Notes: generated from the letters alone by a model not told the origin. Positions 19,346 to 29,081 are shown, counted from the stretch's first letter. The stretch: DNA of 35,659 nucleotides from Candidatus Hadarchaeota archaeon (GCA_964452145.1 CAYVLA010000009.1:28206-63864); one strand, 5' to 3'. Numbers and translations are program-made.

Positions 19346-20419
19346 TCAGGCCCCGGCCAGCCATTCGAGGTCGAAGACGGCGCAGCTGATCCGGTCGTAT
19401 CGGTGCCCCTCGCCGCCTTCGTAGAGCAGGGCGATCCTTCCATCCCGCAGGGCTGCCAGGCAGCAGTAGGCGCTGGGGCCCGGGTGCACGGTCCTGGCCA
19501 CGGGCCAGGTGCGGCCGTCGTCCCAGCTCAGGCGGACGGTCATGTTGACCCGGTCCCCGTAGCCCGAGGCAGGGTTGGCGAAGAGGATGGGGTGGCCCCG
19601 GTGCTCGCGGCGTCCCTGGCCTTCCTGGCCCGGGGGGACCTTGAAGGGGTAGCGCAGTATGGAGGCCTGGCACCTGACGTCCACCAGGCCTGGGTCCCTC
19701 GCGGGCTCGGTCCAGGTCTGCCCCCCGTCGCGGCTGATGGAGTAGTACCGGCAGTGCATGGGCTTCTCCTCCGGGTTCTGGTTGCGCATGTCCAGGCGCA
19801 GGCTGCCATCCGAGAGCTCGACCACCTGCGTCTCCGTGGATGTGCTCCTGATCCTGCCCCCGGCCTGCCAGGTCCGCCCGTGGTCGTCGCTGTAGACGAT
19901 CATGCCGCGGCACCTCTCCTCCGGGCCAAGTCCGAAGGGGACCACCAGCCTCCCCGAGTCCGTCTGGATGCCGGCGCCGGGCCCGGTCACCTTCCCGTAG
20001 TCACTGGAGGGATCAAGGATGCTTCCGGTGATGTCCTGGGGCGGGGACCAGGCGAGGCCGTCGTCGTCGCTCCTGGAGATGATGGTGCGCACCTTGCCGG
20101 GCTGCCTGTGGAGATCCATGTCGCCGTCCGGGAAGATGTTGGACAGGCAGTGGATCGTCCCCGTGGACGCGTCGACCACCGGACAGGGGTTCATGACGGC
20201 GTCCAGGCCGCGGGCCTTGACCACCAGCTGGAGGGGACCCCAGGTCCTGCCCCCGTCCTGGCTGCGCTTCAGCACGAGATCCGTGGGGGTGCGGTCTCCC
20301 CCGTCCCTGGCCTCGCAGAAGGCCAGGAGGGTCCCCCTGGCTGAGGTGACCATGCCGGGTATCCGCATGCTCTGCACGCCGTGCTCACCGGCACGGAACA
20401 CCACCGTCTCCTCCATCAT
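19346..20419 (-). CDS. Exo-alpha-sialidase (GH33, BNR/Asp-box six-blade propeller), no signal peptide
   Basis: MRIP (FRIP-like) motif; five Asp boxes (SQDGGRTW, SDDDGLAW, SDDHGRTW, SRDGGQTW, SWDDGRTW); ETQVVEL..MR; SAYCCL; LLYE. Confidence 0.92.
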   Translation of the reverse strand: MMEETVVFRAGEHGVQSMRIPGMVTSARGTLLAFCEARDGGDRTPTDLVLKRSQDGGRTWGPLQLVVKARGLDAVMNPCPVVDASTGTIHCLSNIFPDGDMDLHRQPGKVRTIISRSDDDGLAWSPPQDITGSILDPSSDYGKVTGPGAGIQTDSGRLVVPFGLGPEERCRGMIVYSDDHGRTWQAGGRIRSTSTETQVVELSDGSLRLDMRNQNPEEKPMHCRYYSISRDGGQTWTEPARDPGLVDVRCQASILRYPFKVPPGQEGQGRREHRGHPILFANPASGYGDRVNMTVRLSWDDGRTWPVARTVHPGPSAYCCLAALRDGRIALLYEGGEGHRYDRISCAVFDLEWLAGA

Positions 20420-20620
20420 GCCAGACCTCCCTGATCGACCATCCCTCGCCCGGAGCCGGGTCTGATAAATCGATCACTGCATCTCTGAGTGGCCACGCGT
20501 GCCCTCGCATCCGGCGAATCCCTGGCAGCGGGTTAGGTCCCCATCCCTGTCCCCCGTGTCCTTTCTGCTCCATCCCCGGGATCCCGGGCATCCGGTGCGT
20601 CGGTCGCGTGATCGCCCGGT

Positions 20621-20767
20621 TCAGGGGGCTCGGTCCCTGTTCCCGGCCCGGATTATGAGGTAGCCGAGGATCAGGCCGATGGCCACCAGTATCAGCATGC
20701 CGATGGCTAGCTCGGGAGGGGTGGTTGCCCCCCATCCTATCCAGAAGTGCAGACGGGTAACCTCCAT
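20621..20767 (-). CDS. Putative small single-TM protein (48 aa)
   Basis: MEVTRLHFWIGWGATTPPELAIGMLILVAIGLILGYLIIRAGNR: a clear TM helix. Start uncertain. Confidence 0.5.
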   Translation of the reverse strand: MEVTRLHFWIGWGATTPPELAIGMLILVAIGLILGYLIIRAGNRDRAP

Positions 20768-20966
20768 ACCTTTCCTGGCCGGGGTCCGGCACGGCCCCCG
20801 CCGAGGCCCGGGACGAGATCTGGCCTCCGGCCCCGCGTTCAGGTGGGCTTCCCCGGATATATGTCTACCCGGCCGTGTGCGCATACCGGCCGCTGGCATC
20901 GCCTGCCTGCCGGCTTGCCGGGGCATGCCTCGAGGGCGAGGTGCCAGGCCGCCGGGATGGTGCCTC

Positions 20967-21401
20967 TCACGCGCCCAGGGACCGGTTGACCCGCCTTATG
21001 GTGTCCGCGGATCTGCGAAGGGAGGCGGTCTCCTGGGCGCTGAGCGTGAGGGGGATCACGGAGTCTACCCCCCTGGAGTTGACCACGGCGGGGACGCTGA
21101 GGCAGATGTCGCTCATCCCGTGGTAGTCCTCCAGGAGGGCGGAGACCGTGAGGACCGAGTTCTGGTCCCCGATGATGCTCTCCACGATCCTGACCAGGGC
21201 CAGGCTGACCGCGTGGTAGGTCGCTCCCTTGAGGCGGATTATGTTGGCCGCCGCCTCTCTGACCTGGGTGAAGATCGACTCCTTCTCCTCCGCGCTGCAG
21301 GCCCTGCGGCAGGTGAGGCAGTAGTCATCCAGCCTCATTCCCGCTATGCTCGCCAGGCTCCACACGGGGACTTGGGTGTCGCCGTGCTCGGCGATGCTCA
21401 T
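20967..21401 (-). pseudogene. ldh: 5'-truncated L-lactate/malate dehydrogenase (C-terminal domain only)
   Basis: IAEHGDTQVPVWS, IIRLKGATYHAV and DICLSVPAVVNSRGV. The NAD-binding N-terminal domain is absent upstream. Confidence 0.85.
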
Positions 21402-21467
21402 TGAATGATGCCAGCCCGGTCCTGGATCTTGCTCGCCCCCCTAGGGACACGGCAGGAGAGGCACACT

Positions 21468-21665
21468 TCATCCGCGCAGAGCCTTCAGCACCTCGACCTC
21501 AGTGGCCAGCTCGCCACGCTTCTCGATGGCCCTTTTCTCCCCCTTCGAGGGATCCTCGACTACGATGAGTCTCTCCAGTGGGTTGAACACTGGGAGCCAC
21601 ATATACTCGACCTGGGTGAGAAAGTCGCTGACCCCCGAGTCATCCCCGGCGTCACGATGAGGCAA
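21468..21665 (-). CDS. Short hypothetical ORF or gene remnant downstream of HEPN
   Basis: Protein-like stretch DFLTQVEYMWLPVFNPLERLIVVEDPSKGEKRAIEKRG. No family recognised. Confidence 0.3.
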   Translation of the reverse strand: MPHRDAGDDSGVSDFLTQVEYMWLPVFNPLERLIVVEDPSKGEKRAIEKRGELATEVEVLKALRG

Positions 21666-21690
21666 GCCCTGGGCTACCGTGGCGCCTGTT

Positions 21691-22116
21691 CTACCGATGA
21701 AATGTCTGCCTCAGAAACGCCTGGCAGGACTGATGAACCCTTCTCGCCATTTCGTACGCTTGGGGCGCGTAATCCTCGAAGTAGTCCGCGGTGATTCCCT
21801 CTTCAAACCCGTAGCCAGCCAGTCCTCGTTGCTCGGCCAGTTCCCTGATCGCTGCGGCAATCTGGGGTATCTCTCCCCTGAAATCTCCTGGTAGATCCTC
21901 TCTATCCATCATGTCGATAAGTACTCCACTGACATCGTGTTGTCTTGGGAAATCCACGCCGAGGGCAAATAGCACCGCCTTCGACGCCTGTTCGACAGCC
22001 ATCTGAGCCGAGTATACGACGTCGTCCCAGCGCTCCTCATCCAGTGCCACCTCGGCGCCGCGCAACCACCTGCCGGCCCGCTCCACCCCCTTCTTGGCGA
22101 CGTCAAGGCTTTTCAA
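21691..22116 (-). CDS. HEPN-domain protein
   Basis: RAGRWLRGAE...WDDVVYSAQMAVEQASKAVL...FPRQHDV...RGLAGYG, an archaeal-type HEPN. The TTG start overlaps the MNT stop (TTGA). Confidence 0.9.
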   Translation of the reverse strand: MKSLDVAKKGVERAGRWLRGAEVALDEERWDDVVYSAQMAVEQASKAVLFALGVDFPRQHDVSGVLIDMMDREDLPGDFRGEIPQIAAAIRELAEQRGLAGYGFEEGITADYFEDYAPQAYEMARRVHQSCQAFLRQTFHR

Positions 22117-22871
22117 AGTTCGAAGACCTCCCCGACTTCGACCCCCTCCATGATCCAGTAATAGCCTTGGGGCAGGTAGGCCCTGCGCGCGCCCAGTTCC
22201 GCCATTCTCCTCCGGAAATCTTTGAGCACCTGGGACAGGAACTCCTCGCGCTCGTAGAGAATCAGCCCGTCCACGGATGCATCCATGTAGATCCTGCGGG
22301 AATTCCTGGCCTCCTCCACGTCAAGGGGGTAGTGCTGGATGACCGGCATATACCCCTCCCCAACCGACCACCGGTATTCCCGGGTTCCCCGAAGCTTGTC
22401 GATGACCTTAGTCAGCTCCCTGCTCCTCTCCCAGGATCGCTTCTCCCAGTCAGCAACCACTGTGAGGAGGTCTATGTCACTATTCGCGCTCCAGTCGCCG
22501 CGGGCCACGGAGCCGAATACGAGGACCCCGAAGAGCCTCTCTCCGAAGTGATCCAACAGGATCCTGCAGTATCTCGAGAGGACCTTGGAGAAGGTGGGGT
22601 GAGGGATGCGGTCGATGTTCTTCACGCCATCGTCGGGCGGTCCTGATTCCAGTAGTTCTCGCCACTTCCTGGAGAGTTCAGCGGCCTGTTTCCCCTTGGC
22701 CGAGAGGGAGTACGAACTGTTCTCGGAGTTGATCATCCCGAGGGAGTCGAGTTCCTTCAGCTTCCTGCTCAGGGTTCGCGGGTTCCCGACGACGTCCTTC
22801 AGCTCGGTGAACCTTGCTGCCCCCCTCTTCTCGAGTTCGATGAGGAGAGCGTCCAGGTACTGGTCCCTCAT
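22113..22871 (-). CDS. Winged-HTH (HxlR-like) plus minimal nucleotidyltransferase (MNT) fusion
   Basis: N-terminal RFTELK...NPRTLSRKLKELDSLGMI...YSLSAKG; C-terminal VFGSVARGDWSANSDIDLL (GS..DxD). Confidence 0.9.
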   Translation of the reverse strand: MRDQYLDALLIELEKRGAARFTELKDVVGNPRTLSRKLKELDSLGMINSENSSYSLSAKGKQAAELSRKWRELLESGPPDDGVKNIDRIPHPTFSKVLSRYCRILLDHFGERLFGVLVFGSVARGDWSANSDIDLLTVVADWEKRSWERSRELTKVIDKLRGTREYRWSVGEGYMPVIQHYPLDVEEARNSRRIYMDASVDGLILYEREEFLSQVLKDFRRRMAELGARRAYLPQGYYWIMEGVEVGEVFEL

Positions 22872-22874
22872 TAC

Positions 22875-22913
22875 TATACCTAAGAATATCTTTGGTATAT
22901 CTAGATATATTAA
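22875..22913 (-). promoter_or_regulatory. AT-rich promoter/operator of the HTH-MNT/HEPN operon
   Basis: Inverted repeat TATACCTAAGA(22875-85)/TCTTTGGTATA(22889-99), 10/11 match. Perfect 14-bp palindrome TATATCTAGATATA at 22896-22909. Minus-strand TTAATATA TATA-like box overlaps it. Confidence 0.7.
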
Positions 22914-23245
22914 CCTTTGCCTTGCCAGCCCCCTTGACTACCACTCGCCTTCATGGTCACCGGTCTCAACCGGCTATCCGGAATGCCCACCTGGACTGAA
23001 GGGGGCCCGGATTTCAAGCCGATGGCTTCGTACTCCGCGGCGAAACCTCAGGCCTCCAGGTCGCGGCGTAGCCATCCCTCTCTCCCGATTCCAGAACGGG
23101 CACACCCAGGACCATGGCAAGGAACGATGAGACCATTCCATGCCTCCAAGCTGATGCAGGATCCCCCGGCAAGGGGGGGCGAGTCCGTTGCGGTGGCATC
23201 CTGATCAGGAAGAGCTATATTCCCAAAAACGCCCCGGAGTCACGG

Positions 23246-24532
23246 ATGCGACCACGGGGGACTGCGGGCGGCTCCACGGGAGTCCGGGTGTCCATCATCG
23301 TCGCCTTCCTCGTTCTCCCCGGGATTCCCGGCGCTGTTGCCGGGGGAGACGAGGTGGTGAGGGTCCTTGTCACGGGCAACCCGCCCAGGATAGCCATAGC
23401 GTCGGTGTGGCTGAGGGTGGATCCCATTACCGATGTCATGGTGATCCCCGCCAGGGAGCATGGTGAGTGGACGCCTCCAGAGATCCAGAGGTACGTCCGG
23501 CTCTACTTCCCCCGCACCTACGATGAGCTCCTCGCCTACGAGTTCATGATCCTCGCCAGCATCGAGGTCTGGATGTTTACAACCCACCAGCAGAGGATGC
23601 TGTACGATGGGATCGTTGACGGCATCGGGGGGCTGCAGACCAGGAGCGTGATGAGCACGCATACCGCCATCTCCATTCCCTGGGCCGAGTCGGTGCTCTC
23701 CGACGCCTTCCCGAACGATGCAGATGCCGTGGTCAGCGTCGGCTATACCGGTCTCCAGCCCCTTGGGGGGAGGGTGGTGTTTAACAGGCACCCCGCGGTT
23801 CCGGCCGTCTTCACCCCCTACGGCGATCTTCCCGGGCTTCCGCGCTCATTCCCCGGCTACTACACCCTGCTGACCATTCCCAGGGAGGGCGTGGTGGTGG
23901 CCTCGTATTCGATTGGGCCCTACCCCCATGGCTACCCGGGTGCGTACCCGGATCCGGAGTTCGAAGCCCCGGGCTGGATTCCCCACGCCATGTACTGGGA
24001 GCACGGCAAGGGAGTGACGTGGACGTTTCAGGACAACTTCGGCTTTCCGTTCTGGAGCACGGAGCACAACCCCTACGCACCCGACATGCTCCTAGGGCTG
24101 GTGATATTCTCGACCGGGAGGACCCTCCCGGAGGACGTGGCCCAGGTCCACATGCTCAGGGCCAAGTTCTTGTACCACGACAGGGCCAGCGGCCTAGTCC
24201 ACCTTCTCCTCGACTTCATAGATCGGTTTGGGGCTAGGACGGACGAGGTGCTGGAGGGCTTGGACATGATCGCTGGGAAGGTATCTGAAGGCAAGCGGCT
24301 CTACCGCATGCAGTCCTACGACGAGGCTTCTGCGCTGATGGACGAGGCGCTCTCCGACATGGATGCCATGGGGGAGCGGGCCATGAGGCTGAAGGAATCC
24401 GCGCTGGTCTGGGTGCACCTCATCCAGTGGCTCGTCGTGACGGGCGTGTCCCTGGCCGCGGGGGTCTCCGTCTGGACCCTGATGATCAGGAGGAGGCTGT
24501 ACCGGGAAGTCGCCGTAACGCGCATGCGATAA
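23246..24532 (+). CDS. Membrane-anchored GATase1-like domain protein, paralogue 5
   Basis: Signal peptide; VRVLVTG; RYVRLYFPRTYDELLAYEF; AFPND; NPYAPD; GRTLPED; DFIDRFGA; KESALVWVHLIQW...RRRLYREVAVTR. Start uncertain (ORF from 23114). Confidence 0.85.
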   Translation: MRPRGTAGGSTGVRVSIIVAFLVLPGIPGAVAGGDEVVRVLVTGNPPRIAIASVWLRVDPITDVMVIPAREHGEWTPPEIQRYVRLYFPRTYDELLAYEFMILASIEVWMFTTHQQRMLYDGIVDGIGGLQTRSVMSTHTAISIPWAESVLSDAFPNDADAVVSVGYTGLQPLGGRVVFNRHPAVPAVFTPYGDLPGLPRSFPGYYTLLTIPREGVVVASYSIGPYPHGYPGAYPDPEFEAPGWIPHAMYWEHGKGVTWTFQDNFGFPFWSTEHNPYAPDMLLGLVIFSTGRTLPEDVAQVHMLRAKFLYHDRASGLVHLLLDFIDRFGARTDEVLEGLDMIAGKVSEGKRLYRMQSYDEASALMDEALSDMDAMGERAMRLKESALVWVHLIQWLVVTGVSLAAGVSVWTLMIRRRLYREVAVTRMR

Positions 24533-24802
24533 CGGCCCTCCCGCTCCCGGCGCCAGGCCAGCTGGGGCCGCCAGATCCGGAACGGGGCTTCGAGGACGCC
24601 ATTGCACCGTTGTCCGAAACTTACCCATTTAGGACTTCTTCCAAATGGCGTTCGGTTCCTGCTTCATCGCGGAGCACCTGCCCTTAGGCATGAACCTCCC
24701 CGCTCTGGCAGGCGTTTAGTGTCTCCGCCCAACTGGCGGCTGGACCCCGATCTTCGGGGAGACGGAGTCATCACGCTAGGAACAAGCCGCACCGCCCTCA
24801 GC

Positions 24803-24918
24803 GGGGAGAAGGTCATATCCCACATGGATGGCAGGCTGGGATCGCTGAAGGGCCTCATTGGGAAAGCCAAGCTCGATGCGATCGAGGCATTCACGCCCCC
24901 GCCGATGGGGAACCTTCC
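24803..24918 (+). pseudogene. Short remnant of a URO-D-like family gene
   Basis: KVISHMDGRLGSLKGLIGKAKLDAIEAFTPPPMGNL resembles the HxDG...D.IEAFTPPP.G segment of URO-D-like proteins. The flanks are not homologous. Confidence 0.6.
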
Positions 24919-26288
24919 CAGCTCTCCCCTCCCGGGCAAAGGCATATGAGCAAGGAACCGCACTAGGGACAGGCATGGAGCCGATTACAATGCCTTCCCA
25001 GCACATCGCTCCCTGGGCTCTTGCGAGAGAGGAGATACTATCGATAGTTCATGATGGGAAGCCGACGAGTCACATCTTGCGTGCCTCAGGCATCCTCATC
25101 ATATTGGCTTTGCTGCAGATCGTTGCCCCGGTAGCAGCTGCCAGAGAGGAAAGACGGGACCCCGAGTCCGGGAGGGTGCGGGTGCTGTACTGCGGCGACA
25201 CCACAAGGGCCAGCTATGCCATGCTTGTGGATCCGGTCATCCTCCCCACATTCGTTCCGTCGGCCTGCCTCACCCGGGGAGAGGAGCTGAACCGGTTCAT
25301 GCGTCTGTACATGTCCCGCACATATGACCAGTTCGTCGGGGATTACGATCTGGTCAATCTCGGCGATCAGCAGGTTGACCACTTCCCGCCCAAGTACCTC
25401 AACTGGTTTGCAGACGGGGTCAGGAACATGGGCATGGGCCTCTCGATGACCGGCGGCATCGGGGGATTCGGGGGCGAGCAGTCCATGGGGATAGGCTCTT
25501 GGGAGCCGACGCAGGTTGGCGAGGTATTGCCTACCCAGAATATGCAGACCGCCACGCTGTGGAGAAGCTTCAAGCTGGACGTCCTTGATCCTGATCACCC
25601 CACCATGAAGCCACTGCCCTGGAGGAGCGCTCCTCTTCTTCACGGTCTGGGCATCGTTGAAGCCAAGCAGGGTGCCAGGATCCTGGCTGGAGCCGATCTT
25701 CCCGAGGGCTATCCGGTGATGGTCTGGTGGGATGTTGGGAACGGTAGATCATACGGGTTCACCTCGTGCCTGGGAGGCGGCTGGGGTTACGATTTCATAA
25801 AGTGGGAATACTACATGGACTACGTCGTCGGCTTCCTTTACTTCACTGCGGGCTTGGACGTCCCCCAGGATCTATCCCTCGTCCATGCCATTCGGACCAA
25901 CCTCAAGCAATACAGGGTATCGAAGGCGATGATGTTCTCGCTATTAGATTTCATAGACAAGATGGGCGCAAACACCGGCAGACTTGAGCACCAGATATCC
26001 CAGCTCGACGACACCGTTGCCAGGGCCGGGTCTGCCTATATTCAACAGGACTACGAGGAGTCCCTGGCCAAGACCAAAGATGCGCTGGATGGCCTCAACG
26101 GGCTGGATCGGGAGGCCATGAAGCTCAAGGACCGGACCATGCTCTGGACCTACTTGATAGAATGGTTCAGCGTGGGCGGCGCATCGGGCCTGATCGGCTG
26201 GCTGGTTTATGAGTTGATGATAAGGAGGAGGCTCTACCGGGAGGTCGACACCACGCGGCTGGGGGTCGGAATGTGGAAAGACAGCTGA
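24858..26288 (+). CDS. Membrane-anchored GATase1-like domain protein, paralogue 6
   Basis: Hydrophobic signal (ILIILALLQIVAPVAAA); RVRVLYCGD; RFMRLYMSRTYD..YDLV; GMGLSMTGGIGGFGG..WEPTQVGEVLP; DFIDKMGANT; KDRTMLWTYLIEW...RRRLYREVDTTR. The real start is probably downstream of 24858. Confidence 0.85.
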   Translation: MGKPSSMRSRHSRPRRWGTFPALPSRAKAYEQGTALGTGMEPITMPSQHIAPWALAREEILSIVHDGKPTSHILRASGILIILALLQIVAPVAAAREERRDPESGRVRVLYCGDTTRASYAMLVDPVILPTFVPSACLTRGEELNRFMRLYMSRTYDQFVGDYDLVNLGDQQVDHFPPKYLNWFADGVRNMGMGLSMTGGIGGFGGEQSMGIGSWEPTQVGEVLPTQNMQTATLWRSFKLDVLDPDHPTMKPLPWRSAPLLHGLGIVEAKQGARILAGADLPEGYPVMVWWDVGNGRSYGFTSCLGGGWGYDFIKWEYYMDYVVGFLYFTAGLDVPQDLSLVHAIRTNLKQYRVSKAMMFSLLDFIDKMGANTGRLEHQISQLDDTVARAGSAYIQQDYEESLAKTKDALDGLNGLDREAMKLKDRTMLWTYLIEWFSVGGASGLIGWLVYELMIRRRLYREVDTTRLGVGMWKDS

Positions 26289-27040
26289 TCGGCACCGTCG
26301 GGATCGCAGTCGTTGCCTCGCTGGTGACAGCGCCCTTCTTCCTCGGCTTGCGGGGCGAGGAGCCGGTGAGAATCCTCAAGAACGAGTTCCCTGACAGGCT
26401 CGCCGTCGCCGTCTCGGACTCGCTTGGTGAGAATGCCTTTGAATTCGGCTTCGTGGTGAATCGTGATTGCGTGGAAGTCAGTGTCGGCTTCCGATTCCTG
26501 TACGGCCAGAACCTCGCCGTGTCTAAGGAGGAGAAACTTAATGCAACCTTCGACCGGATCTCGGCGCTTCAGGTGATGATCCCTGTCCAATCTCGCACCA
26601 TCAGGACGGGATACACGAGCTACAACGGAACCAGGGTCAGATACACCCTCTACGATTTCACCGGTAGTCCGGGGCTGCGGGCTGAGAGTACGTCAACCTT
26701 CCTCATGCTTGACGATGACTCGGAGGTCCTGGCATCTTTCTGGGGAGTATCTGACCTCTTCCCGGAGAGATCGGGTAGCCTTATCGATGCGACCGTGATA
26801 AGAAGCGGCAACCGAACCCTCTACAGCAGACGAGCGCTCGGCGAGGCCTTGGTTCTCCCCATAGCCAACCTCCCCGGATGTCCCTTCGTCTTCAACGACG
26901 TCAGGAAGGGCGAAACCATTGCAGTATCATACAGATCCGATGCTTTCTTCTCTCGACCTCAAGGCGGCGGAGCGGTTCAGATCGTGAATGTCGACTGCGA
27001 TGGTGCTGAGGAGGTACTGCTCTTCAACTTCATCGGCTAG
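26273..27040 (+). CDS. Hypothetical N-terminally membrane-anchored protein
   Basis: N-terminal TM followed by a beta-rich body. Start overlaps the 3' end of paralogue 6 by 16 nt. Confidence 0.7.
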   Translation: MERQLIGTVGIAVVASLVTAPFFLGLRGEEPVRILKNEFPDRLAVAVSDSLGENAFEFGFVVNRDCVEVSVGFRFLYGQNLAVSKEEKLNATFDRISALQVMIPVQSRTIRTGYTSYNGTRVRYTLYDFTGSPGLRAESTSTFLMLDDDSEVLASFWGVSDLFPERSGSLIDATVIRSGNRTLYSRRALGEALVLPIANLPGCPFVFNDVRKGETIAVSYRSDAFFSRPQGGGAVQIVNVDCDGAEEVLLFNFIG

Positions 27041-27257
27041 AGAAGGGGGCGCCTGCAGGGACTCAAGATTCCATCCAACGTGGATGTACTCGCAGCGGTC
27101 AGGTATGAGGACATGCCGAGCTTGTACCGGATACGGGGGCCTCAATCACGGGCCCTCTACTGAACCCCCGCTCCCCAACACGCCTCAACAAGTATGTGGA
27201 TATCCGACAAAAGATAATGCAAGACTCTGGTCCAAGGAAGCCGGTTCTGATCCTCGA

Positions 27258-27470
27258 TCACAATTCGTAGAGGCACAAATCGATGCCCTTGATCCTCTCG
27301 AAGTCTCTGTCACGGGTCACTAAGGTGAGTCCTGGGTTCCTCACAATGCCTGCGATCAGAACATCTATGTCGGCTATCAGCTTCCCTTCTCTCTTCAGCT
27401 CCCGGCAGATTCTCGATGCCTCAGCTGCATCCTCTTCGTTCAGTAAGAGAACCTCCTTTCTCGGAAGCAT
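27258..27470 (-). pseudogene. 3' half of a PIN/VapC toxin gene
   Basis: EVLLLNEEDAAEASRICRELKREGKLIADIDVLIAGIV...LVTRDRDFERIKGI. The N-terminal D-T-x motif is missing. Confidence 0.8.
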
Positions 27471-27543
27471 TGCTCGCAGACATTGCCCAAACCAGCGTTT
27501 CCTTGCCCAGACAAGGCGACAGGAGCGGGATAACCAAAACCCT

Positions 27544-27987
27544 CTACTCGGATCCGCTTTTCCTCCGACCCGCTTCGATGGCTTCGCGCATTCTTCGTGA
27601 ATATTCGTATATGGAGCTGGAGAGGTAGACGTTGGAAGCGCAGTCGAAGCATTCTTCGGGCGTTCCGGTCCACGAGATGCTGGGGAGAATCGACACCTCG
27701 TACTTCTCGTCGCTGTACTTGTAGAAGGCGAACCCCCACTCGTCCTTTCTTCCGAAATACTCCATACGGCAGAGGTGGACTGGTGTCGCATCCAGCCTGG
27801 CCTTCTCTTCCTCCGTCATCCCCGGCGTGTAGTCATGGCGAGACGGGTAGGCATCCACGTACGCATAGACGCCCCGGAATCTGACCAACACACCGCGGCA
27901 TTCCCGCTCCCACTTCTGAGCCGCGTGTTTCTCGAGTCGATCGGTGAGGCCCATCCGGATGCTTTCCGGAATCCTTCCCCTCCTCAT
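27544..27987 (-). CDS. Conserved hypothetical protein (DUF3024-like fold suspected)
   Basis: VRFRGVYAYVD...HLCRMEYFG...WGFAFYKYSDEKYE...GTPEECFD..YL is a pattern I recall from small bacterial hypothetical proteins; family assignment not verified. Confidence 0.7.
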   Translation of the reverse strand: MRRGRIPESIRMGLTDRLEKHAAQKWERECRGVLVRFRGVYAYVDAYPSRHDYTPGMTEEEKARLDATPVHLCRMEYFGRKDEWGFAFYKYSDEKYEVSILPSISWTGTPEECFDCASNVYLSSSIYEYSRRMREAIEAGRRKSGSE

Positions 27988-28259
27988 GGCAAGGAGAAGA
28001 AAGGCCGATGCTTAGATTTCTTCTGCTTAGCCCTTGCCGCAGGAGTTCCATTCTGGCCATGTGCAGCTCGCCCAGGCCCATCGCCCATACGACTCTGGCA
28101 GATCTGCACGGATGCGGATAACCATTGCGGGAGGTCCTGCTCGAGCAGAGAACCATTCAGGGGGCCATCCCGGAACCGGATCTCAAGTGCGCAGCCTTCC
28201 CTGGGACTGACAGCTCATGATTCCCGTAAGTCGACGTCCTCCTGGAACGGTGTCCCTGT

Positions 28260-28294
28260 CCCTACTTCAGATAGGCCTTGAGCCGCCTCTCCAG
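28260..28294 (+). repeat. 35-bp direct repeat, copy 1 (duplicate of the 3' end of the YgjP/M48 gene)
   Basis: CCCTACTTCAGATAGGCCTTGAGCCGCCTCTCCAG; 34/35 identical to 29887-29921. Confidence 0.92.
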
Positions 28295-28431
28295 ACCCCT
28301 CTTCCCAATCTGACAAGATCGCCGGTGCTAACAAGTTCATGGATGAGCCTATCCGTCGTCCCCCTTGAGTATCCTCTCTCTGTGCTGAGGACGTCCGCGA
28401 GTTCACGGCGGGAGATAGCGCAGGCGATGAG

Positions 28432-28845
28432 GTGAGGCGAAGGGGGTTCACCTGTCTGGTTTCACCCTCGAAAGGCGAGATAGAACTCGCACTCGGACTC
28501 TTCCCAGACAGGGACGTATTCGTGGTCAGGGAGACGATGAACCTCAAAGGGGACAGAGATGGTCTCGCAGATCTCGAAAGGGCTCTTGTGGACACGTACT
28601 TCGAAACCACCCGGCAGAGGATACCGTTCTCCGCGGAGGAATTCGGCAGAATGATCTCAAAGATCGCGTCATCGGTTCCGATCAACGTCTCACATGCCTT
28701 GATGCTGGGCGGCAGGCGGGGCGTGAAGGAGGAGCTCCGAACCGTCCTAGAGCATTTGCTGCCCGAACTCCGGCTGCACGGCCGGCACGCGATGAACGAC
28801 AGGGTGGCAAGGGTCATCGCGGGCATCTCCTCGGAGCAGCGGTGA
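28432..28845 (+). pseudogene. Probable 5'-truncated AbiEi-like (type IV TA antitoxin C-terminal) gene
   Basis: ADLERALVDTY resembles the 'ERxxxD' motif of AbiEi C-terminal domains. There is no N-terminal wHTH and an upstream in-frame stop at 28366. Confidence 0.45.
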
Positions 28846-29081
28846 TCGCAGTGATCCTCGACGATTCCTTCTTTGAGAAGGATTCCCTCGTTGCCAGGTC
28901 ACGTAGGGTTTCATTGCACCACTTCGGGTTGAGAAGTACACGGGTCTCTCAGGAGCGAGTTCCGAAAGGTATGTTGGATGGTGGCATCCGCCCCAATTGC
29001 GCCTCTGCAGGATGAGACCGATAGCCGGAAACAAACCGTCTGCTTCATAAGGCACCAAGGGCGATACTGCCACCCATGACA

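Noticed and set aside
19292..20344. 350-aa plus-strand ORF
   Set aside because: Antisense shadow of the sialidase.
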